The notes: a model not told the origin generated them from the letters alone. 64,000 nt of DNA from Chrysomallon squamiferum (GCA_012295275.1 CM022673.1:9176001-9240000); one strand, 5' to 3'. Shown: positions 1-14,250, numbered from the stretch's first letter. Numbers and translations: made by a program.

Positions 1-2114
1 ATAAATAGATACACGAAGAAATAAACAAAATAATTAATTACTATAAATATAAAATGATAATTTTGATAAAAATAATATTATATCGTGATGATGATGATGA
101 CAGTAATAATAATCATAACGATAATAATAAACATTTATAGTAGTCACAATTACAATAACAATAAATAATAAAAATAAGAAGACAAACAACAACAATAACA
201 GCATCACAGCATAACTGATAAAATATTCGCTTCAAAAAATCAATAACGAATAATGTGCTTTACAAGCATTAAACGTTTGTGTAATAATTATCTGCTAATT
301 TTAAAACATTCACAACATTTTCGATAGATTAATTAATTTAACTTCCAAACAACAATCATATATATATAGTATTACAAATCTGCTTAGAGAGAGAAAGTTT
401 CATTAACGATCTTCCTAAAGCTGAAGAAGTAGATCTGGGGATACGATCTCGATCTCTGCCAATCACACAGCAATTATCTCAACCACCTGAAATATCAGAA
501 TATATAATATTTTTAAAAATGAGTCCAAACTAGTGTAACTTTTGGTTGGTTCCATGCCACGACCCACCCTGTCCGTCATTCCAAGACCTCTGGATTATCC
601 ATCGAGTTTCAATTTATCACATGAATTGCTGTTTCCAATGCTGTCCGTCTAATTAACGCGTGCACTAATTAGAATGATTGATGACTTTGTCGATGGTTTA
701 ACCTCTGACTTTCAATATGACAGAAAACTACTTTCCGTAAGGCGAATTTCGCCTATCGACTAAACAAAGGTCAATACTCATAAATCAGAATTAGAGAACA
801 GCCCGTTAGCTGCTAAGTTAGTGTAGCGTTTGATGTCTCCGAGTGCTGGGTAGATTTAGGTGCAAAACAACACTACATATATATATATATATATATATTT
901 ATATTTATACATGTGTAATTATGGAAATATCCGATACATTAAAGATCGGTTGTTATTTATAAGAATGTTATTTTTAAATAGTAGGCATTTGCAGGTGAAA
1001 GAAGAAGTAATAATAATAATAATTGTATAATGACGTTGATGATGGTTATGATGCTGCAACTGATGCTTCTGGTGATGTTAATAATGATCTTGATAATAAT
1101 ATAACAATAACTATAACAATGATGATGATGATGATGACGATGATAGGAATTATGGTAATAATAATGCTGATAATAACGAAGAATGGAATAAACTGCATGC
1201 TATAAATTTAAAAAGATAAATTATTTACTTATTTATTTTTTTATTTTTTTTCTGTTTCTTTCTTTCTTTCTTTTTCTCAAATTATGTTTTATTATTTATT
1301 CAATTATTTTAATTTGTAAACATTTTTAACAAATGGAGCTAAATAAAACCGGTAAAACGTTTCTTAAACTTTGTTTTATTACTTTGATGTTTTTTTGTTG
1401 TTTTTTTTGAAAAAAAAAAAAAAAAAAATTTAAAATCTTTTAAAATTAAAAGATATAATCCGCGTTTCCGGTATTTTCGTTTCAAAGAAAATAAACATTA
1501 AAAACAGTGTGCAGGTTAAAAGAAAACGTAAAAGTGTACGCAAAATACGAACCGAATTCGTTTTAAATGTCTAAAATTAAGCTCCGGATTTTGTATAATG
1601 CATGTACTCTTCCGGTTTCTCTTTTTGAAATCAAAAACATTCTTTTGATACACTAATTATTTCGCTTTTCACACACTAATATTTTAAGCTGTGCTTCATT
1701 ATTTTAAAATTCTTCGGGAATTATAGTTGATATTTTTTTTTATCCTCTAGTTATTTTCGAAAATCCTTTCATTTCGCGTTAGCAGATGGCAAGTCTCGGG
1801 AGAAGATCCCGTCTCGCGATGTCGCGGAGATATGCGGAAAAGAACGAGATAACTAGAGCCCCGCTGAGTGGAGATTACGCCACGAAAGATAGTAATCGAA
1901 CCCTTCAATTCGAGACGCGAGCAGGTAGCCAGTTTATTTTTCTCAGTGTCTGTGGTGTTTCTTTTAACCCTATACAACTACGCTGATGTCGTACAAACAC
2001 ATTTATTTTAAGACTTAAAAATATTAGGAATGCATAATTCATTTTAAGCGACAGTAAATATTGAATAAACAGTTATATCAGCACAAAAAATAAATTGAAA
2101 TTAAAAAATTAAAA

Positions 2115-2145
<31 letters not shown>

Positions 2146-2566
2146 AGTGTACGTTTAGTACTGTTCTTGTTTGTTCAAATGCAAATTTTTAGTTTCTTCG
2201 ATTTCGGCAGACCTATGTTCAAGATATTAAATGTATATGATTATATCCATGTGCATTTATATGTCAACACTTGGTTTCTTAAACCGTGTAATTTTTTGTT
2301 AAATAATAATATAGAGGGATTTCATAATAACAATGAAAAATCAAACCAAAAACTGCATAAATATCGTTTACAAAAGTAAATCTTAACTGTTTATTTGTTT
2401 ATTTATTTATTTTGTTCCTTTTATTTGATAGATGTCGTCACTTACGGCTGGTACCCATGGCCAAGCTTCCATGAATTTGCGTTTTGAAGACACAGTGGAA
2501 AGAACGAGAAAAAAGTACTAATATCAATTGCATGGTTTATTTATTTACTACTATTGCTACTGCTGT

Positions 2567-2567
<1 letters not shown>

Positions 2568-2613
<46 letters not shown>

Positions 2614-2696
2614 GTACCCCTACTACTACTATTACTATTATTATAACCACGATTAGTTCTATTACTATTACTTCTACTTCCACCACTACTACTCTT

Positions 2697-2744
<48 letters not shown>
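2568..2744. repeat. Compound (CTA)n/(TTA)n trinucleotide microsatellite
   Basis: Pure CTA runs at about 2568-2612 and 2696-2744 with degenerate triplets between; produces the poly-T/poly-L ORF 2484..2747. Confidence 0.95.
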
Positions 2745-3099
2745 TAACTGCTACAAGCAAAGGTCTGTTTATTGAGAAAAAAGTATTTGTTTATTTATTT
2801 ATTTACATTCTTTCTGTTCGGTTTGGTATTAACGGCCTGTTTATTTACACAAAGTAACCCAAAACTCCAAAACACTCATGTAACACAATTACGGAACAAG
2901 CTAAAATCAACTTTCTCGTTTTTTCTATAGCCTTTCTTTAAATATTCGAGTGAATCAAATTAAAACATTATTTCAACTAACCAAACAAACATCACTAGTG
3001 AGTGTTAACCTGAGAAAACAAAAGGAGCACCCCGGGTTGTATTTGTTTAGTCTTTTGTGGGCAGAATTTGCCTAAGGGTAGGTTTTAAACAGCAAGCTT

Positions 3100-3480
3100 T
3101 GTCTTTGGCGATCCGACCGTTTGATCCGCAGAGAGCGAGGAAATCCCAAACATTTGTTTCACTGGTATTCCGTAACGATTTTGTCCCATTGTCGTCGGAA
3201 TAGGTATTCAACGAGCCCGCTAGGTGGTGCTGCAATGCTCAGAAAGAAGGAGGAAAAAAAAAAAAAAAGCAACAACAAGAATTGCCTCGCCCTGGGGTCA
3301 ACGCGACGCAATTACCACAATTTGGCCAATCATATTCATTACATTCTGCACGTGCTCGTGAGCGCGCGCTGTCAGTGCCTCTTGAAATGGCACGTGCTCC
3401 TCGATAGTTTCACAAGCCAATCTCTGAGGTACGTCATCACAGTGGGATGCAGTCGTTAATTAAGAAGGCCGCGGACATTT
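3100..3480. promoter_or_regulatory. CpG-rich putative cis-regulatory island
   Basis: CTCF-like CCGCTAGGTGGTGC 3217-3230, GGCCAATCA (CCAAT box) 3324-3332, GCACGTGCTC at 3348-3357 and 3390-3399, palindrome AGCGCGCGCT 3361-3370. Motifs seen directly; function inferred. Confidence 0.5.
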
Positions 3481-3856
3481 CGAGTAATTATCAGATGATG
3501 TTCTCGTTAGCAGGAGAAAGATATTTATCTATTTCTAGCACGCTTGTCGCAGTCTGTCACAACTGCCTCAGATTAAACGAATATTCGAGGGGCGAAGTGC
3601 TAGACTTGAGAGTCCCATTCAGACCCCAACGATAAGCTGATGCCCTTTGCTGTTCGCTGACCGTGATGGGTCACCGATGTTAAGAGGACTGCCACTGGGG
3701 AGGGGCTGATGGAGAGGGACAAATGTCGACGCTGTCACAACATCACCAGCCACTGAATTTAGTAGAATGTGTTATTAGATGTCTGTAGATTACGACAGAA
3801 TATCTGCATCTCTAATATCAAATCTCCATTTGGTTTCATTTTGTGAATATCTACCC

Positions 3857-3859
<3 letters not shown>

Positions 3860-3940
<81 letters not shown>
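3860..3940. repeat. (CT)n microsatellite
   Basis: Uninterrupted CT run of about 80 bp. Confidence 0.98.
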
Positions 3941-3943
<3 letters not shown>

Positions 3944-4854
3944 ATACGGGTGTATGTATTATATATTATGTGAGTGTTTAAATATATTTAGTAAACTTCT
4001 TTACTGCAAACTAGCACCTATTAACATCAGCACACGTTATTAAAAATATTCCATTTCTTTTCAGACAGCGATTCGAAAACTCATTCAGACCATCCTAATA
4101 TTTCTGCCATAGCTCAGACGCTATCCACCTGTTATTGCTGCTGTTGGTTTTAATGTAATGTTTCCCTGTTTAATCAAATATTTCTGTGGTCCAGAAAGTT
4201 TCAAAAGAGGAGACCACAAATAATTTACTTTGAAACAATAATCGATATTTCTTATTACGAACTGGGAGTTAAGCATGTATATGTTCCAGCTTTTACTAAT
4301 GTAATATATTTACAAAGCTGCCCTACACTTCAGATGTTATGTATGACTCGTACCGCTACGGCATTTTAATAATATTAAACACTCGCTTTTAAAATCAGGC
4401 TAGACAGTTCTGATATAGCACATCTGAACAGTGTAAAATGTCTAGAATTTCATGACTTCTGTTGTTATTGACCTCCCTGACATTTGTAAATCTCTCCTCA
4501 GTATATTAGACGTTGTTTTTGTTTTTTATGGAAAAAAACCTAAGATAATCAACAAAATTATGAACTGAAGTAAAATTTGTGTTGGCTAATGGACTTAATA
4601 AAGTTTTCTGCAGTAATAATAATAATAATAATAATAATATTAATAACATCAACAATAGCATTAACAATAATAAAAATAAAAATAATAGCAATAATAATAA
4701 CAATAACATTAATAATAACACAAAAGCAATACTATACCACTACTACTACGACTACTACTACTACTAAAAATAATAATTATAATAATAATCAAAGGGTAAT
4801 CTTTCCACGTATAAGGAATTCAAAACGCATTCAGTTATGAAATAAATGTGTACT

Positions 4855-4888
<34 letters not shown>

Positions 4889-5365
4889 ATTGTGTGTGTG
4901 TGTGTGTGTCTCTAATTATATATATTTTACATATAAATATATAACTCAGCAAACCCAGCGTGTTTATCCATGTATAAGACTCCCACAGACTTCAGCTACA
5001 CGTTTCAAAACATTTCGCTCGTACCCAGTTTATTCATTTTTCATGGTTGGTCCAAAAAAAAAAACCTAACTTTATATGACACCTTGATTAGCTCGCCTGA
5101 TATTACCGAGTTAGCGTTTATTCCCCATGGACTGGTTTATGCTACAACAGAGGCAACGACATGTGTACGCCTGTCACCTCGTCTTTCAGCCTCATCTCAC
5201 TGCATGTGCCTCGAGGCAGGAGCAAAGAGAGTGTTTGGCCGTTAACTGTTTTCATTACTGTTAGAGAAACAGTTACATAATGTGTGCAAGACGCTTTAAT
5301 ATACACTAACGTCCTCACGCATTCGCGTTCCAAGAGGCTTTCTTTTAATCTCACGTTGAGTCTCA

Positions 5366-5367
<2 letters not shown>

Positions 5368-5448
<81 letters not shown>

Positions 5449-5455
5449 TCTCTCT
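5368..5455. repeat. (CT)n microsatellite
   Basis: CT run, slightly degenerate at the 3' end. Confidence 0.98.
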
Positions 5456-8400
5456 GTATGTGTGCGCGCATGTCTGGGTGAGAGAGGTAACAGAGATTTA
5501 GATTTACAGAATTGTTGATAAATAATTATATAACGTTCTCCTTCTCTTTCTGCGTCTATATCTCCATTTTATTATACAAAGGCAAGGATCGCAATTTATA
5601 AATTTACTTAATAATTTCTCTTCTAACATTTCTCCGTCTTATATACGTAGAAATTATAAATGTTTTATTTATTTGTTTGTTTGTTTGTTTGATTGTTGAA
5701 TGATTGACTGCTATACTGGCTAATTCATTCGTTCATTCATTCATTTTTAAACAATGAACTGATTTATATTAATACTGTTGTTTGTCACGTATAATGAATC
5801 TATTTTGTATGCTGATGCCTTGTCAAAAATCATTCATCTTACATTTGATATTATTGATTAATTATTATAATTATATTTCTTTTATACTTTCAAACATTAT
5901 GCTGTGCAGTTGCTTTTATTCTGTATCTCTTTAATTTCCTTGGCATTGTGTTAACCAATTTCAGTCTGATAATTTTCATTATCTTTCATTTTTATATTAA
6001 CATATACTTAGTTTACGTGCATCGTCTTTGGTCTTTAAAATAGAATATATCCTAAATCTTGTTTAAAAAACCCAAACCTTATTAATGTTATCACGCTTAA
6101 CTTCCTAGATTTATCCCTTCGTTATTTTAGTCATTATTATTTTCCATGCTTCATTTCAGCAACAAAGAAATACAATAGCCGTAGTGGAAAATTAACATGA
6201 ATCTTCTTTGCTTAAAAAATATTAAACAGATCAGCTTGACAGTTTTGAATGACAGTCTAATCTAAAGACTCTCAAATTAGTATCTAAGTTTCTTTTCTTT
6301 TTTTCTATAATTATATACAGCCCGCAGTTTTCACGTATGGTTTAATATACTCATTTATGTCCCAAAACTGCGTGTCTTTGTACCTCTCATTTTTTTGCCG
6401 CCATCTTAAATGAATACCTGATTACATTTCATGAATCATTTCGGAACAAGTAAAAATCAGTATGGCGCTGCTGGAAACCCTCTGCACGCGCCTTGTTCCA
6501 GTATGGCTCCCAGACTCCGCTTCTGCGTGGTCGCTATCGTAACGTGTCGTGTGCAATTGTGTTTCATGCATGATCTTGTTCGACAAATTTGGATTATCTC
6601 TGTAAAATGTCTTAATTGTCGTTTTCTCGATAACGCTAATTCATCCCAGGCAATATAATGTACTTGGTCCTCATACCCAGTGGGGCAAATTATAAGTAAA
6701 GGGTCTGTAGACGGCAAGAGGTTGTACCTTTGGAAAAAGAGATCTTTTTGAGGAAGCACTGGCCGTGAAATTTCGCAGCAGCTACGTTATCGCGGTTTCT
6801 TTATTCCGAGCGAACAATTGCCAAATGTTGTGTTATGAGGAGCATGGATCAAAGATTGGAGGTTTTTAATTTTTACGCTAGGAAAACTCCGAATCTTTGG
6901 CCCAAATCAGGCGTACGTTTTTCCCGTTCGTTCCTCGGGCTGACTTCGCTTCGACTCGGTTCTGGTTTGTCTTCGAGCACAATGAACACTTTGAAGTCGT
7001 ATTATTCGATGATCCGTCCGATTGCTGGGGTCAAAAAATTACCGAAAAATACGTATAATACCCAAAGGCTAAGAGAGAGAGATCCATTAGTGAGTGAGTG
7101 CAAGATATCAAATGAAAAATCAGCTTTGGTACAATCATGCATAATGGTTAAAGCGCTTTAGCTACTCAAACAATAGAGGTCCCAAGCCCTGGTAATGAAT
7201 TTTGTGGCAAAGTCAGTACGAGTTTGGAAGCTGAAAGAAAAAAAAGGAGAAAAGAACAACACAAAAAAACCCACAAACAAATAATAGTATGTTACTAGCT
7301 TGTTTTGTCTAGTTACGTTAGCTTTGTTTATTTGCTAAATAAAGCAGAAACAAAATTCGCCTGAATTCAGAACCCGTGTTTAAAAATACGCTGGTATTTT
7401 ATTTTTTTTTTTTTTTTTTTTCGCACAATAAAAATGTAAAAATTTAGAATTTCCTTTAAATTGCAGTTTGAAATTAATTTGAATACTGTTTATTAGTTTT
7501 AAATAAAAGCATAAAATATTCAGGGATTCCGCGGTTTTTCTTTATTTCTTTTTTTTTTTTTTTTTCCCCTTCTTTGTTACTTTTTTTGTATTCGTTATTT
7601 CTTTGTTATTTATTGTGATGTTTTAAACAATAATTTTAAAATAACGTTTGCATTATTATTATTGTTGTTGTTGTTGTTGTATATACTTTTTTTCTACATT
7701 TTATGAAATTTATTGTTTATTTTATATTTCTGAAATCCAAGTATAAATTGTATATTTTTGCCTTTGCGTTTCATTGCTTTATATTTCCGAAAATATCTGT
7801 TTAAATTATGATTATTATTAGTTCATGAAATGAAAAAACAGCAACAAAATGATAATTATTTTCCTAAATACAATATAAAATATGATACGTACAAATTATA
7901 CAAGTGACCTTCTTTTTACCAAAAATAATTAATCAACGGTAAAATTCCCGTTCTTTTAATTTTTTTTTTTGTTCCGAATCATTTATTATACTGTTATTAT
8001 TATTATTATTAGAACTGTTGTTGCTGTTGTTGTTGTCAGTAGTAGTTGTAATGACAGTTATATTTGTTTTAGTATTAGCATTTATTTATAATGTGTAATA
8101 TAGTAAAATATGTTTAAGCACGTACGTATTTTCGTACAAAAACTTAGAACTGGGGCAAATCAAATTCAAACGAAGCCTTTTATTTATATTTTCTTCTTTT
8201 TTTTTTTATTCTTTTTTTTTTTAAAATTTTAACCTCATTATTCTATTCCTCCTGACATAAAACGGCACTTTAAGCTTTCTTCAAAACTGTTCCAATTTAA
8301 AAAGTATCGTTTCTATCCCAGCATGCACGAATAATCGGAGCATCGGAGCACATATAAACGTTCCTGCCTGATTTCTTTCCATAAGATTTTTATTTCTTCA

Positions 8401-9072
8401 TTGGCGGAGTGGAAGAAAGCGTCAACCAAATAGGCATTAGGGCTTATCAAGAGTGTTAAGAAGATTCACGCAGGTAAAAACCTCATTTTTCGTTTCATTA
8501 TACAACAATACTGCGCCATGAATTGCGGGAGATAACTCCATTGTCTAATGACTGGTCGTGAACAATGTGATGCGCTTGCTCGACTACAGAATTACAGTCG
8601 AGCAATCGTATGTGAAATGAGCTTTGAGAATTGTGTCTTAATAACTGTTTTTACCACCAAAGAATGCTCGTTCACTTACCAATTAAAAACTACAATTAAA
8701 CCTACGTATCATGGCCAAAAGCCGTGAATAATATTCGGAAGAGCTTTTGCGGAAATTAAGTCATGCGCATTGAGATAACAGATTTTTCTCCAGCCAACGT
8801 GACCGCTACTAGTGGAGAAATTTATATCAGTCCCAATGAAAGTAGCAAATTTTTAAATCGCTTCGCCAGTTTTGTTAAATTACTCGTTATTTTCATCTTC
8901 GTTATTTTTTTTTTTTTTTTTTTTATTATTATTATTATTTTTTTTTTCTTTTCTTTTTTTTTTTTTTATTATTTTGGTTTTCGGGTTGTTGGTTTTTTTT
9001 TCACTTTTCGTTTGTGAATTCTAAATTTATTTCATTTTTTTTTCTGGGTTTTTATTATTATTATTATTATTA

Positions 9073-9125
<53 letters not shown>

Positions 9126-9159
9126 ATTTCTATTTATCTATTTATTTTGTTTCCTTTTG

Positions 9160-9596
9160 TTTTATCTGTTTAATTTTTAACCCATTTTCAGATATTTACG
9201 AAATATAACTTTATATATTAATTTCTGTTTTTGTTAATGTTAAATATATTATTACTGTTGTGTTGTTCTTATTCTTGTTTTTAATATTATCATAATCATC
9301 ATCATAAACATTATGACTATTCTTGTTGTTATATTAATATGATGATGACAATGATGATTATTATTTTTATTATTATTTATTTATTTATTTATTTTATATT
9401 ACTCTATTTTGTTTTGTTTTGCTTTGTTTTATTATTTTAATTTTTAAAACCATTTTCACATATTTTAGAAATAACTACTAATTTCTTCTCTTTGTTTTAA
9501 TTGTTAATTTTTTTATTATTACTGTATTGTTATTTTTTTTGTTTGTTAATATAATCATCGTCATCATGATTATAACTATTTTTGTTGTTGCTGTTG

Positions 9597-9600
<4 letters not shown>
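9160..9600 (+). repeat. Old local duplication, copies about 270 bp apart
   Basis: ttaatttttaacccattttcagatatttacgaaatataact (about 9170-9210) recurs as ttaatttttaaaaccattttcacatattttagaaataact (about 9437-9476); the downstream attattactgt and atcatc...tat(g/a)actatt blocks recur in the same order. Confidence 0.6.
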
Positions 9601-9667
<67 letters not shown>

Positions 9668-9964
9668 GATTATACGATTAATTATTTTCACCTTGTTGTT
9701 TTGGTTAAAGCAAGGCAAAATTTTAATGGACATAAAATACCAGAGAAATTTTTTTTCGCAGACCTTTACTGTTGTTGTTGATGATGATGTTTATATTGAT
9801 TTGTCGCCGTTGTTAAGATGCATGGACTTGAGAGGGAATAATAATAATAAATCAATAAGCGCTTTTTTCTTTCTTTATTTTTGTTTTTTGTTTGTTTTTT
9901 TTGTTTGTTTTGTTGTTTTATTTTTTGTTGTTCTCTTTGTTTGTTTTTTTTCTACAACAACAAC

Positions 9965-10039
<75 letters not shown>

Positions 10040-10335
10040 TCATATTACAATTATTATTATAATAATTATTATACCATCCTCATCATCGGCAGTAAAAGGA
10101 AAACTGACACAAGAAAATAACATTAAAACATAACATAAAATAAACAAACAATAACAAAATAAAATAAAGACTTTGATTCAAGGATTCTTGTGGGTCCGGA
10201 TCTTATTTCAGACTTTAATTATTATTATTATTTTTTTTTTAAAGACGTGAAAGAAATGGTATTTATATTGCTTTATCATCATCGTCGTCGTCATCGTCGT
10301 CGTCGTCGTTGTCATCATTATCACCATCGTCGTTA

Positions 10336-10392
<57 letters not shown>
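9601..10392. repeat. Cluster of (TTA)n / (AAT)n / (TTA)n microsatellites in alternating orientation
   Basis: (TTA)n about 9601-9668, (AAT)n about 9965-10038, (TTA)n about 10341-10392. Confidence 0.95.
9771..9860 (+). repeat. Short dispersed repeat B, copy 1
   Basis: gttgttgttgatgatgatgtttatattgatttgtcgccgttgttaagatg matches 48811-48860 nearly exactly over about 45 bp, with weaker similarity downstream. Confidence 0.75.
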
Positions 10393-10393
<1 letters not shown>

Positions 10394-10804
10394 GAATAGA
10401 GGGAACACATGTATTGTTATGGTTCAATATAATTATAAAATTCTTTCATTGCAATAATTTTATTCGTCTGGCAGTCAATACACCTTAATTTTATTTTATT
10501 TTATTTTTTTTTCTTCTTAAATTATTTTAAACTCTATTCGCATTTACATTTTTCAAATATTAACTACGCAATATGTATTAATTAATTTATTTATGCATTT
10601 ATTTATTTATTTATTATTATTATTATTTTTTTATTATTATTACTTTTTATTTATTTATCATAGAAAGCTAAGTAAATAAACATTATTACCTCACTTTCGT
10701 TTTAACCGCAATTACACGGGAAATTGTCTGGACATACTTTTAAATTCTTATTTATTTATTTATTTATTTATTTCCGTATTATTGTTATTACTATTATTAT
10801 TGTT

Positions 10805-10857
<53 letters not shown>

Positions 10858-11772
10858 GTTATTATTATTGTTGCTGTTGTTGTCATTATTGCTACTACTA
10901 CTACTACAACTACTACTGCTACTACTACTACTGCTATTATTATTATTATTATTATTTTACTATTTAGCTAATTATGAAATAAATAATCTCGAACTTTTTC
11001 TACATCATTTCTGCCAGATAAGCTATGAACTGTGCTGGAAATATAATTAATATTTTTAATATTGTTGGTGTTTTAATTTTTCACACACACACACACAAAC
11101 ACGCACACACACACACACACACATTTTTATTTATTTACTTATTTTACTATTAATTTAGTTTGGCTCAATTTGGTTGATGTTTTTATTTATTTACTTATTA
11201 ATGAATTTATTTATTGCTGTTATTCCAAAAAAGAAAAAAATATTAGAACTGATTAAAGAATATTCTAATAACTATTGGTTATAGTTCTGTTTACGTTCTG
11301 CAGAAAGACAGCTGGTGATTGGAGTTATCTCCCTTGAGACGATGGATAAATGAAAATCATTACAATTATTTTCACGATGGATCTGTCAGATTTCGTGCAT
11401 TATGACATTAAAATTCTTTTAGTGAGTTAGTGACTAGGAAAATTAAATTGTACGATATGAAAGAATTTTATTTACGTACAATAATTATATCATTTTTTTT
11501 ATTTTTTTATTTTGAGCAATAAATGGATATTAATGATTTTTATATTTTATTATTTTATTGTGCGATTTTTTTTTTTGTATATATATGCATCTATTTATTA
11601 TTTATTTATTTTATTATCCTGATAATATCAAAAGACATCAAAGATAAAAAAAAAAAAAAATAACTGACAATAAACCATTTTTTATTTATTGTAAAAAAAG
11701 AAATTAATAATAATAATTATTTACTTATTTATTATTTATTGTAGTTTTTTGTTGTTGTTGTTGTTGTTGTTG

Positions 11773-11807
<35 letters not shown>

Positions 11808-12113
11808 TTCATTATTATTATATTGATGTTGCTCCTATTAATAGTATTGGATACTTTATTTATTTATTTTTTTCTTTGTTATTGTTGTTTTTGGGGATAC
11901 AATTATTTTAATATAAAATTTTAAATTTATTAATTATTATAAGTATAATTATTTACACCTTTTACATAGTTAATCATTTAAGAAAAAGTAATGATATATT
12001 TGAAGTCACCATGTAGTATTTTAATCAAAGTAAAAACAAACAAACTAACTAACTAACTAACTAACCAAATAAATAAATAAATAAACAAACAAATCGTAAT
12101 GATCATAGTAAAA

Positions 12114-12158
<45 letters not shown>

Positions 12159-12504
12159 TTTATATACAATTTTTTAAAATTATTATTTAGCCCCGCTTTA
12201 CTGAGGCTACTGAAGATGATGTCGTATTCAAAATGTTGCCATGATTTCGCAGATCGAGCAAATTAATTTAGGAGGACGCTGCAAATAATATACACGGGAT
12301 GTTTACTTGAATAAAAAGTAATAAAATCAGTTGTGTGAATAAATGTATAATAAATATTTTGAAAAAGAAAAGAAGATTTTTCTCGTTTTGCGCGCTAAAA
12401 ACATTAAAACTGAAGAAAAAAAAAATGTTTTGTTTATTACTGAGGTAGTCTTTGAGATGCACGCGAAGGTTTTCCTAAATCCACCACTCTGTTTTGTTTT
12501 ATTA

Positions 12505-12535
<31 letters not shown>

Positions 12536-13934
12536 TTTTATTATTATTTTATTTTATTATTATTATTATTATTATTGATCGGTTTATTTGTTTTGACTAT
12601 GTTAGGATTGGTCCTTGATCTGTTTACACGGTGACACATTCAACCATGCTTGAGAAGACGAATGACGCAACCTTTTTTTTCTTACAATAAATCTTTCTGC
12701 CATACTGAAACTTCTTGCGTGATTTCCGCCTGTACCAGGTGAACCCGAGCAACTGCACCGCTTTAACTCGGGTGGCTTCATAAACCCCGCAATAGTCACT
12801 CAAATCTTTGAAAAATAAACTTTCAATAAACATCAAAGCAACACCGACATATTTGTCATTCCGACAGTTGAACGATCGATTTTATTGAATTTTATATTGC
12901 TCACAACAAAAACAAAACTTTGTCTTCTTCGACTCTCGCGTCTTGCCCAGCGCGTGTTTCTTTAGATTATACTTTTTTTTATATTATCGTTTTTCTCTTT
13001 CTTTTCCTCGCTGACGCCTCCTGTCCGTACGCGCAACCAATTCACGAAATGCAAAACTTCTTGACAAGTATCAATGTACGATTGAATTGCGATTCTTGAA
13101 ATGGAGCCGGATTGTCGGCAGAATAAAAATCGCTGGGACATTAATGTGATCGGCGCGGACGGGAAACACAAGGAAAAAGTCAGTCTTGCCTTTTTCCGTC
13201 CTGGCGCTTTCATAAGTCAGCCCCGTGAATAGAAAAACGTCGGAAGGGTGGAGAAAGTGTTTTGTTCCCCCCCCACTTCTCGCGTTCCCTTCAAAAAAAA
13301 AAAAAAACTAAATCTCTTCCAAGTTTTAAGACGAAGTACGAGTCTGTTGACGATCACTGTCCATTTATGTTCGATTATGGTAACGATTAATTCACCATTA
13401 GGAAACCATTTTGAAAAATTATATCGGCTTTATAGCGATGGATGTGAAAAAGAGAAAAAATATTAGAGGAGAGAAAAAAAAAAAAAAAAAATGTTTTGAA
13501 AGAAAAGATGTAGGATGAAAGAACTGTGGTAGCCAAGCTATCGAGAACGTGTTTGAAAGAGAGGTAGTGGTTATTTTATTAAAATAGTTTCACAATTAAT
13601 AAAAGGCTTTTTGCTTTTTTTTTTTTTTTTTTTTTTATGCTTTCTCTCTACTTCCATATTTAATGGCTTAACGCTCCTGGCTTATGACAAAACTCAGTAG
13701 CAGACGACAGTTTCTATTCAGGCTATTTTACTGTTTTACAAACGATTCCGAAACGTACATAACAGCTCCGTACTTCTTAAGACGTTCAACATAATGGAGC
13801 GAGTTCAGAATAAACAAATTGACTTTTTTTCTTTTTTTTTAAAGTGTTCATAATCCAACATGCTCGGCCCATTAATCTTCGTTTTAGACACTTTACGAAA
13901 ATTGTATTGGTTCATAAGTACAAAATGCTCTCCA

Positions 13935-14095
13935 AGCTCTAGTTACGTAAAGCGCCTGGAGACGTTTAGGTTCTGGGATCGTACCACGGTACAGGTAAGG
14001 TGCTTACTTTATCTTTTCAATTAAATGACCATCTTAACTGTTGTGCTAAGATAAAATGACTGGTTATAAAAATGTGCAGGTGTAGCGCCAGACCT
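13935..14095 (+). mobile_element. Decayed SINE-like element (tRNA-like head plus body); dispersed repeat A, copy 1
   Basis: Weak A-box-like gctctagttacgtaaagcg and B-box-like gggatcgtacc, then a body (14016-14080) aligning without gaps to 18866-18930 at 54/65 identities by hand count. The repeat is seen directly; SINE identity is inferred. Confidence 0.5.
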
Positions 14096-14250
14096 ATTTC
14101 TAACACATTCAGTCCATCACACAGAGGTACTTGAATATTCAGTTAAGAATTTTCTAGATTACAGAGTAATGTAAGAATCTGATTTAGGAATCTGCTTGCG
14201 AAGTCATTGTATGGTAGTTTTAAGGTTATGACGTTATTCCACTGTTGGTA

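Noticed and set aside
12441-12449. let-7-like TGAGGTAGT
   Set aside because: 9-nt match only; the remainder diverges and no hairpin is evident.
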